From IMG/VR virus record IMGVR_UViG_3300027711_000002, positions 1 to 56,152 of that record: a stretch of DNA of 56,152 bases; one strand, 5' to 3'. A program made the position numbers and the translations under genes. The first letter of the stretch is position 1. Each line of letters opens with the position of its first letter. Origin of the DNA: a virus. Its lineage: Duplodnaviria; Caudoviricetes. This document shows, in pieces, positions 8,587 to 15,257 of the stretch. The notes beneath the pieces are model-generated. The model did no database searches. It was not told the DNA's origin and worked only from the letters and a program-made list of their open reading frames with translations.

Positions 8587-9084
8587 ATGTAGGCGAGTCG
8601 CTAACTCACGTGCGTTCAGTTCCGGAGTCGGATCGGGCCGAAGCCCTCCCCGCAATCCTCCCCACAATCGGAGCTAAACCCGACTGCGAAGCCTACAATT
8701 CGGTGTCTTTTGGGAATCCAGAGGTTACCTAAACCCCCGCCATTCACCTTAGTCCGAAACTGCGCACGATATCCAGGAATCAAAGTGGCCCACCATCCGG
8801 CCGCTAGCCCACAAGGGGAGTGAGTGCCCAAATACTCGCACAATGCGTCTGATATGACGTCCAAGACTTCTGGCTGTGATACTAGGCCCCGAACTAGCCG
8901 TTATTCACGGGATCAGGGATTCTTTGGGTTGGCACATTCCACTCGGCTCGTGTGTCCAGTGGCGGGTAACCGCCCGATATTACCGCCCGGGAAACCCCGA
9001 ACGTTTCGTTTTACTGGTCTTTACTGCCTTTGGGACAGTCCCGAAGAATACTTCGCTAGCGCCAATGCGCTTGTGCTTTCAATT
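8587..9084 (-). ncRNA. Putative 16S rRNA 3' major (head) domain mimic RNA
   Basis: Colinear 16S-like landmarks: AATTGA..GCACAAGCG, GCGAAG, ACGAGC..CAACCC, GACGTCATATCA, CCCCTTGTG, TGGGCCAC, AATGGC, ATTCCCAAAAG, CGAATTGTAGGC...GCGACTCGCCTACAT. Confidence 0.55.
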
Positions 9085-9170
9085 AGCACTCACTATGGAT
9101 TTTTCCCAACTGCCGAACCGTCATGTTCACTGGGAACCGGTCCGCTTGTTCAGTTGGTGTTGCGTGTCCC

Positions 9171-9199
9171 ACGTTATCGGCTAGTGCCGTATCTGTCAA
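9171..9199 (-). promoter_or_regulatory. sigma70/HrdB-type promoter P1
   Basis: TTGACA-17 nt-TAACGT; spacer contains ATACGGCACTAG. Confidence 0.85.
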
Positions 9200-9222
9200 C
9201 CCCTAGTTTCTAGCGGATTGTG

Positions 9223-9443
9223 TGCTGCCCTCTTGCGAAGCAAGAAGTAAGTGGACAGAGTCCACCCGTGTCCGGTCGCCCAATGGACCGTAATCCACTA
9301 AGCCGGATACCCGTCATAGCCTAGGTGCGCCATTACCACACCTACTAGCTGATAGGCCGCGTGCCGACACTTTCCACGTCGTACACACGTGTTACTCACC
9401 CAACGCCGCCAATCCACCCCTAAAGGCTTCCCGACGACTCGCA
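9223..9443 (-). ncRNA. Miniature 16S rRNA 5'-domain mimic (about h5-h7 and h11-h14)
   Basis: GAAGCCTTTAGGGGTGGATTGGCGGCGTTGGGTGAGTAACACGTG and GCGGCCTATCAGCTAGTAGGTGTGGTAATGGCGCACCTAGGCTATGACGGGTATCCGG...GGGCGACCGGACAC...GGCAGCA match actinobacterial 16S with compensatory stem changes. Confidence 0.88.
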
Positions 9444-9517
9444 CTTGCGAGACACGCTATTCAGGAGTCAAACACCGGGGCCGGAGCCCCGCCGTCGCCC
9501 GTTGGCGACTGATCAAC

Positions 9518-9546
9518 AACCTAGTGCCTAGTGCCGTATGTGTCAA
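9518..9546 (-). promoter_or_regulatory. sigma70/HrdB-type promoter P2
   Basis: TTGACA-17 nt-TAGGTT; same spacer motif. Confidence 0.85.
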
Positions 9547-9559
9547 CCCCGTTGTTTGT

Positions 9560-9820
9560 ACCGACTTGTGTAGCAACCCCGGACCGAACCGGTCGCCCGG
9601 TTTCACTTACCCATACGGGAGAGTGACCTAGGCCAGTAGCTACGCGATACGAACGGGAAGACACGGCAGGAACCGAGTCATGACCGGCCGCTGTAGGCCA
9701 GACATCCGAACGCGCTTGTCTCGCGTTGTAGGACACGCTGTGGAGTTTTCAAGCGGTAGGACTTGCGTCCCGTGGCCCCCCGCTGGGAGCCCCGCCGTTC
9801 GGCTGACTGCTCCGAACTGG
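9560..9820 (-). ncRNA. Putative structured ncRNA from P3
   Basis: No credible ORF; leader shared with the P2 unit, GNAA hairpin, boxA-like CTTGAAAACTCCACAGCGTGTC. Confidence 0.5.
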
Positions 9821-9825
9821 TCACC

Positions 9826-9854
9826 AACTTAGGTCCTAGTGCCGTATCCGTCAA
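9826..9854 (-). promoter_or_regulatory. sigma70/HrdB-type promoter P3
   Basis: TTGACG-17 nt-TAAGTT; same spacer motif. Confidence 0.85.
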
Positions 9855-10265
9855 CTCAACTGTGTACCGACTTTTGTTTGCCCTGGCCAAGTGCGGTAAA
9901 TCGAACACTGTTCGATCGGCCGGTAAGGGGTTGGGAGGGTCCGAGGTGGAGACCTCAGCCCGCGCGTATCGCGTGCGTGTGCGCACAGAGGTTCTAGAAC
10001 GCGCGTAGACGCCTCGGGAGGGGCGAACCGGGGAACGAGTCGGAGAAGACAACACAGCGGCGAGGAAGGCCAAGAGCCCGCGCGCGCGCAGGGTACGCGC
10101 ACACGCGCGCGGAATCGGTGCGCTCTGGGTTGTGCGAACTGGTGTTCGTTGGCGGTAATCGGACAAGAGAAGTCGGGGACGAGTGACGCATACGCACAGT
10201 GAGGGTCGCGGGGAGGGGGCGGGAAGTGGTGTTTGTGCAGGTGGGAGGGGGTGCGTAAGGGGGTG

Positions 10266-10922
10266 CGCAACCATACCGGCCACAAGTGGAAAGGTGGGAT
10301 GTATTGGTGTTTGCGCAGGTCAGAAGGGGTGAGTGGCCAGGATGGTTGTATTTTCGCTTGGTGGGTGGGTGTGAGTGATGGTGTGTGTGGAGAAACAGTA
10401 ACGACAGAAACATTTGACAGAAGTAAAGTTTACCGGGGCAAAGGTATATAGGCTGCCCCCTCGAAATCTCGCACTTTTACAACCAACCATGCCACACGCT
10501 CGCATTGGTGCAGGTGAAAGCATGTGGCCAGAATGGTTGCAACAACCAACCATGCCACAACCGGTGTGGCAGGTTTGGTTGCACCGGCGCGTTTGCGCAG
10601 GTCAGACTAGGTGGCAGGGTTGGTTGTATTTAGGTGACCCTTACTGGCAGGAATGGTTGCATGTGGCAGGCGTGGTTGTGGCCCATGCGTGAAAAGGCAC
10701 GGCTGTATTAAGAATGGTCACCGGCAGGTCTCTGCCTACTCCTATTCCGTGACCTAGCATTCTGATACAAGCCTGATGCCAGGCCGTGACCTTACACTGT
10801 ATGTGGCAGGAATCGTTGCATATTTTGGTGACTCTGAGTAATGGTTGACAGAATGGCGCAACCATGCCTGCCACAGCTAGGGGGTAGAGGGTGGCAGGAA
10901 TGGTTGTTTGTGCAGGTCAGAC
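10266..10922. repeat. Array of about 12 degenerate 18-mers (GTGGCAGGAATGGTTGCA) in both orientations plus TTTGYGCAGGTCAGA repeats; candidate ori or pac region
   Basis: Forward copies at 10333, 10524, 10566, 10611, 10644, 10663, 10803, 10891; inverted copies at 10266, 10478, 10541, 10857. Confidence 0.8.
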
Positions 10923-11170
10923 CATATGTATGGTAGATAACGAGTGAGAATGAAGTGAGAGTGTGGCGAGAGTGTGGCGCGTGGCGGTGTGCATGTGGCG
11001 GTGGCGAGGCTGAGAGCAGGGCGAATAAACCATTGAAGACAGGGGGTGACTAAACCAATACTGGCAGTAGGCCCTATAAAGTAGGGGAGGTGACCGCCCC
11101 ACGACCTCGCTCGACCCCACACGTCTGGCCCCATACGTCAAAAAATCTCGCGCCTCGCGCGCACGTGTGG

Positions 11171-11187
11171 TAATGTCAGTGCCATGA
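11171..11187 (+). promoter_or_regulatory. -10 box of a probable leaderless promoter overlapping a 17-bp operator
   Basis: TGG-TAATGT then 7 nt then ATG at 11184; no SD. Confidence 0.6.
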
Positions 11188-11411
11188 CAGACCCGATCCC
11201 TTCACCGATGAGCCGCCTGCGGGCCTACCGCAGAGCCCTCGGGATCTCCCAGCGCACGCTCGCGGAGCGCTCGGGGTACGCACGGGAGGAGGTCTGCCAG
11301 TGGGAGCTGGGCCGCAGGAGCATCAAGCTCCACCAGTTCGAGGACCTGCTCGGTGCACTGGGTGTGCGCATGGAGCTGGTCCCGCCCACGAGCAGTACCG
11401 ATGAGGAGTGA
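11184..11411 (+). CDS. XRE-family HTH regulator
   Basis: LRAYRRALGISQRTLAERSG...VCQWELG. Confidence 0.85.
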   Translation: MTDPIPSPMSRLRAYRRALGISQRTLAERSGYAREEVCQWELGRRSIKLHQFEDLLGALGVRMELVPPTSSTDEE

Positions 11412-11644
11412 GCATGACCGAACAGACCCACCGCAACGCGGCCGAGGTCTTCCCCGTGCTGCGCTACTTCAGCTACGCGCACCTGCCCAGGCACCTGCGC
11501 TCTGTGAGCCAGCCGTTCTTCACGCTGGCGCACGTGATCGCCAACCAGTACGCGGACGGTGCGGACGAGCGTGAGCTGGCCAAGGCCCTGGACCGCCTGC
11601 TGGAGGCCAAGGACGCGGCCGTCCGAGCGGCGGTGAAGCCGTGA
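11408..11644 (+). CDS. Small helical phage protein
   Basis: LRYFSYAHLP...ALDRLLEAKDAAVRA pattern recalled from many phages. Confidence 0.8.
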   Translation: MSMTEQTHRNAAEVFPVLRYFSYAHLPRHLRSVSQPFFTLAHVIANQYADGADERELAKALDRLLEAKDAAVRAAVKP

Positions 11645-11910
11645 GTAAGGTGCGCTACGCCCGCATCTGGGCCGGCAGCCTGAAGGTCGGAGACGTCTTC
11701 GAGCGCACCAGCGAGGGCGACTACACCGGCCGCAAGACGACGGCCTGGTACGAGGTCACCGACATCCGCGAGCTGGCCAAGCCGCTGCACGAGGACTCCC
11801 GGTACGAGGTCCTGGCCACGCGCTCGGGCGGGGAGCACGGAGCCTTCATCGGCTACATCCGCGAGGTCTTCGCGGCCGACGACGTTCTGACCATCGACAG
11901 GGGGAAGTGA
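11641..11910 (+). CDS. Hypothetical protein
   Basis: GTGA overlap; typical codon usage. Confidence 0.75.
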   Translation: MSKVRYARIWAGSLKVGDVFERTSEGDYTGRKTTAWYEVTDIRELAKPLHEDSRYEVLATRSGGEHGAFIGYIREVFAADDVLTIDRGK

Positions 11911-11911
11911 C

Positions 11912-12097
11912 ATGGTCTTCCGCAACGGCACGCAGTGGGGCGACGACGTCCCCAACCTGGGACCGGACAACGACGACACTGCCCGGGGCCAGGCAGCGGC
12001 CCCCGACAGCTTCCGCCTGGTGGGCACCACCTGCGCCCACCGGGGTTGCTTCGAGGACGACGGGGTGCACAGCCAGGACTGCCCCCGCAACAACTGA
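11912..12097 (+). CDS. Small Cys/His protein
   Basis: CAHRGC...HSQDC; operon packing. Confidence 0.6.
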   Translation: MVFRNGTQWGDDVPNLGPDNDDTARGQAAAPDSFRLVGTTCAHRGCFEDDGVHSQDCPRNN

Positions 12098-12140
12098 CCG
12101 GCGACAACAGTCGCCGCACGACAAGAGTGAGAGGACGGCC

Positions 12141-12308
12141 ATGGCCGACGACAAGCAGGACCCGGACACCACGCACATCCTGGACCCGTCCAAGGACGAG
12201 CACACCGACGCCAGCGGTAAGCCCTCGATCAAGCTGACCGGCACGGTCTGCTCGCGCTGCGGCGGCAGCAACGGCAAGCACTACAACATCTGCCCCAAGA
12301 CGAACTGA
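12141..12308 (+). CDS. Small Zn-finger-like protein
   Basis: MADDK start after GAGAGGA; CSRC...HYNIC. Confidence 0.7.
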   Translation: MADDKQDPDTTHILDPSKDEHTDASGKPSIKLTGTVCSRCGGSNGKHYNICPKTN

Positions 12309-12748
12309 TGAACATCATCGCGGAGTTCGACCGGCTGCTCTCCTTCCGTGAGGGGGAGCAGTCGGCCGAGTACGCCGAAGGCCGTGACCAGGGTCTGGCC
12401 ACCGGCCGCAAGCTGGCGCTGGCCTACGTCAAGCAGCGCCAGGCCATGGACATCGAGTGCTCCAAGCTGATCCACCAGTTGCTGGAGGAGAACGCGGCCC
12501 TGCTCAAGCAGCAGGACGAGGCTCGGCACGACCTGGCCCGAGCTGTGGGGCTGATCGTTCCTGGGCACCACACCTTCGAGGAGTTGCTGGCCCAGCTCAG
12601 CAAGCAGCGGGACGAGGCTCGCCGTGAGCTGGAGCAGCACGAGTGCGAGGACCGCCGCTGGGGCTACATCGACGACGACTGCGGCGAGTGCGACAACACG
12701 GCGGCCACGGTGAAGCGGGCCATCGAAATCCTGGAGGAGTTGACGTAG
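12308..12748 (+). CDS. Coiled-coil hypothetical protein
   Basis: TGATG overlap; repeated KQ.DEAR; CGEC. Confidence 0.75.
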   Translation: MNIIAEFDRLLSFREGEQSAEYAEGRDQGLATGRKLALAYVKQRQAMDIECSKLIHQLLEENAALLKQQDEARHDLARAVGLIVPGHHTFEELLAQLSKQRDEARRELEQHECEDRRWGYIDDDCGECDNTAATVKRAIEILEELT

Positions 12749-12888
12749 TGGGCAAGAAGGAAGTCGAGGACGCTATCCGCAAGGCGCTCTCCGATGAGGC
12801 CGACCGCACCGACAACGCGGACAGCAGCAACTACACCGACGACGAGGCCCTGGCCGAGATCCTGCGCCGGGCCAACGGGGGCAAGTGA
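12748..12888 (+). CDS. Small hypothetical protein
   Basis: GTG after GGAGGAG, TAGTG overlap. Confidence 0.6.
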   Translation: MGKKEVEDAIRKALSDEADRTDNADSSNYTDDEALAEILRRANGGK

Positions 12889-13100
12889 TGACGAACACCT
12901 ACCGCCTGCGCCTGAACGGCTGCGGCGAGCAGCGCACCAAGGAGATCGACCTGGAGCTGTCGGCCGCCGACGCCCGTCGTCTGGCCGAGTGGGACCTGGG
13001 CTACCTGGACTGCTGCGGCGGTCCGACGCTCTACATCGAACCGGTCAAGACCGGGGCCACCTACGGCACCGGCATCCTGCGCGAGGACAACGATGGCTGA
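12885..13100 (+). CDS. Hypothetical protein
   Basis: Operon packing. Confidence 0.65.
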   Translation: MMTNTYRLRLNGCGEQRTKEIDLELSAADARRLAEWDLGYLDCCGGPTLYIEPVKTGATYGTGILREDNDG

Positions 13101-13317
13101 CAAGGACTCCCGTTACCGGTTCCTGCGCCTGTACGTGATGCAGGACCTGGGCCTGGAGTACCTGGACGGCTGGCAGCGCGAGGCCGTTCTGGCGGCGGCG
13201 CTGGAGGGCTCTGTGCCCTTCCGGGCCGCCGTCCCGTACGAGGTGCAGGAGCGCTTCTTCACCTCGCTCAAGGAGGGCCTGGGCTCGCTGAGCCGGGCCT
13301 ACGACCAAGGGGAGTAA
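13093..13317 (+). CDS. Hypothetical protein
   Basis: GAGGA RBS; overlaps upstream gene. Confidence 0.7.
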   Translation: MADKDSRYRFLRLYVMQDLGLEYLDGWQREAVLAAALEGSVPFRAAVPYEVQERFFTSLKEGLGSLSRAYDQGE

Positions 13318-13319
13318 CG

Positions 13320-13499
13320 GTGTCCGAGAGTTTGGTACTGCTGGGTGTGCTCGCCTTCTGTGTGTGGTTCACCGTGAAGGTCAGCCGCTTCGTGTGGCGT
13401 GCGACCGACCCCAAGGTCCTGGCCGAGCTGCGCACCCGATCGGCCATGGCCCGCATGGAGCGCGAGCGTGAGGCGCAGCGCAGGCTGGAGGGGAAGTGA
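13320..13499 (+). CDS. 59-aa membrane protein
   Basis: GTG after GGGGAG; MSESLVLLGVLAFCVWF...; below the ORF-track cutoff. Confidence 0.65.
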   Translation: MSESLVLLGVLAFCVWFTVKVSRFVWRATDPKVLAELRTRSAMARMEREREAQRRLEGK

Positions 13500-13765
13500 C
13501 CACACCTCAGCGCAGGGCTGTTCGACTGGACAGCGACCTGCTGTACCGCACGGTCAAGTCGGTGGCCGCCTTCCGGGGAGTGACCCTGGCGCAGGCGGCC
13601 ACCGAGGCCGGGGTACCAGTGAGCACGATTAAGAAGATGTCCGGCCGCAGGGACAAGAGCTACAACCCCTCGGCCGACAACCTGCTGCGGTTGCTGGTGT
13701 GGATGAACGAGACCGATGCCACGGAGTACGCTGTGGACGACGAGGGAGGGGAGGACGATGCCTGA
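13496..13765 (+). CDS. HTH DNA-binding protein
   Basis: TLAQAATEAGVPVSTIKKM...PSADNLLRLLVW. Confidence 0.8.
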   Translation: MTTPQRRAVRLDSDLLYRTVKSVAAFRGVTLAQAATEAGVPVSTIKKMSGRRDKSYNPSADNLLRLLVWMNETDATEYAVDDEGGEDDA

Positions 13766-14378
13766 CGAGGAGTACAAGCCCACGCACACGCTCGTGGACC
13801 TGCTTGTGGGCTTGCGCGCCCGTGGCCTGACCTGGGCTCAGATCGAGACTGAGACCGAGATCGACGCCGAGCGCGCGGCCACGCTGGTGCAGGAGTACCT
13901 GACCAGCAACTACGGCGCGAGCACGGTGGCCGAGCAGCGGATGCTCCAGCTTCGCAGGCTGGAGCAGATCGCCAACGCGCTGTGGGACCAGGTCATGGCC
14001 GGTGACCGGATCACCGAGGGCAAGCAGACCAAGAACCTGCTGGACACCCTGAACATGATCACCGAGCTGCTGGACCTGAAGAAGGACCGGGTGCGGGATG
14101 AGCTGGTGCAGCTCACGCGGGCGCAGACGGACCTGGTGCGCACGGTCCTGGTGCAGGCGCGCATGGACATCCTCCAACAGTTGCTGGACATGGTGCACAC
14201 GCTGCCCCTGTCGGGGACTCCGGAGGAGATGAGGTCGGCGTTCCGTGTCCGTCTGGAGTCGGGCTTCTCGCAGATCTACGCCGAGGCCAGTGCCAGGGCA
14301 CTGGAGGGTGACCAGTCCAAGGTGGTGCGCATCGACCCCAACCAAGTCGGCCACTCTGCGGAGCGGGTCGTGGACTGA
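13758..14378 (+). CDS. Putative terminase small subunit
   Basis: N-terminal HTH (LRARGLTWAQIE) followed by helices; upstream of the large terminase. Confidence 0.5.
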   Translation: MPDEEYKPTHTLVDLLVGLRARGLTWAQIETETEIDAERAATLVQEYLTSNYGASTVAEQRMLQLRRLEQIANALWDQVMAGDRITEGKQTKNLLDTLNMITELLDLKKDRVRDELVQLTRAQTDLVRTVLVQARMDILQQLLDMVHTLPLSGTPEEMRSAFRVRLESGFSQIYAEASARALEGDQSKVVRIDPNQVGHSAERVVD

Positions 14379-14494
14379 TACGATCACACAGAGCGCACGT
14401 ACCGCGCGGTTGGCCATCACTGTCGAGATGAGGCCGAGGGCGTCCCCCCTTCCGCTGCGTGGTACGTGCGCTCTTTCGCGTCTGGAGGGAAGTC

Positions 14495-14761
14495 ATGACC
14501 GAGAGTCTGCGTACCGACTACGGCCCCGTACACGAGCCCACCCCGCAGGAGAAGTACGAGTGCGGCATCCGGATGGCCGAATCCGCCATCCGTGTGGAGC
14601 GCTGGCGCAAGAAGGGGAAGGAGCGACGGGACCATGATCTTGTAACAGTGCTACTATCACTAGGTGTGATAGAGGACGAAGCACCAGAACACGCCGAGCG
14701 ACGCAAGCGCTCGGACGTGATGGCGTCCATAGCCCAGGAGGAGAACCAGTGGCCGAAGTGA
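14495..14761 (+). CDS. Hypothetical protein
   Basis: MTESL start after GGAGG. Confidence 0.6.
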   Translation: MTESLRTDYGPVHEPTPQEKYECGIRMAESAIRVERWRKKGKERRDHDLVTVLLSLGVIEDEAPEHAERRKRSDVMASIAQEENQWPK

Positions 14762-15138
14762 AGCAGGGCCTGATCGAGCGCGCTGCCGAGCAGGCGTACG
14801 ACGTCGCGTTGGAGGTCTACACCAAGCACCAGGGTGGGGTGCTCCGCCGCCCGCGCCCGGCCTTCCTCAGCAAGGAGATGACCAACGCCATCGTGGCCAA
14901 GGTCGTGCCGCTGATCGAGGACGAGCTGAACAGCCAGCAGGACAAGAGCAGGGAGGTCTTCCTGGCCGACGCGGTGCACCAGGCCGAGGTCAACCGGGGC
15001 AAGGACGAGGGCTACGCCGCCGGGCTGCACCACGCCTGGCACATCGTGGAGACCCTGGAGGGTCGGCCGGGCAAGAAGATGATCGCGGAGCTGCTGCGCA
15101 AGGAGCTGCGCAAGGCCGAGGGGGCGGCGGAAGAGTGA
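14749..15138 (+). CDS. Hypothetical protein
   Basis: AGGAGGAG RBS; typical codon usage. Confidence 0.75.
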   Translation: MAEVKQGLIERAAEQAYDVALEVYTKHQGGVLRRPRPAFLSKEMTNAIVAKVVPLIEDELNSQQDKSREVFLADAVHQAEVNRGKDEGYAAGLHHAWHIVETLEGRPGKKMIAELLRKELRKAEGAAEE

Positions 15139-15257
15139 ACGGGATCAAGATCGGCGGCCGGGCGGCCGGACACAAGACGGAGCACGAACCGGTGGAGGAA
15201 GCCGACCAGACCGAGGTCGAACCCACCGACGACGAGCAACAGGACTGAGGGGGACAC

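Noticed and set aside
9223-9443. True 16S rRNA gene or host rDNA contamination
   Set aside because: Only about 220 nt, with internal deletions, inserted hairpins and changes at conserved positions, and flanked by the phage's repeated promoter modules. Read mapping should still confirm it.
10266-10922. CRISPR array
   Set aside because: Repeats are short, degenerate, in both orientations and irregularly spaced; there is no cas operon, and the Cas4-like gene sits in the replication module.
8300-11141. ORF-track calls in the intergenic region (e.g. 8616-8864, 8824-9213, 9678-10283, 10414-10692)
   Set aside because: They lack the GC3 bias and protein-like motifs of real genes and overlap promoters, RNA stems and repeats.
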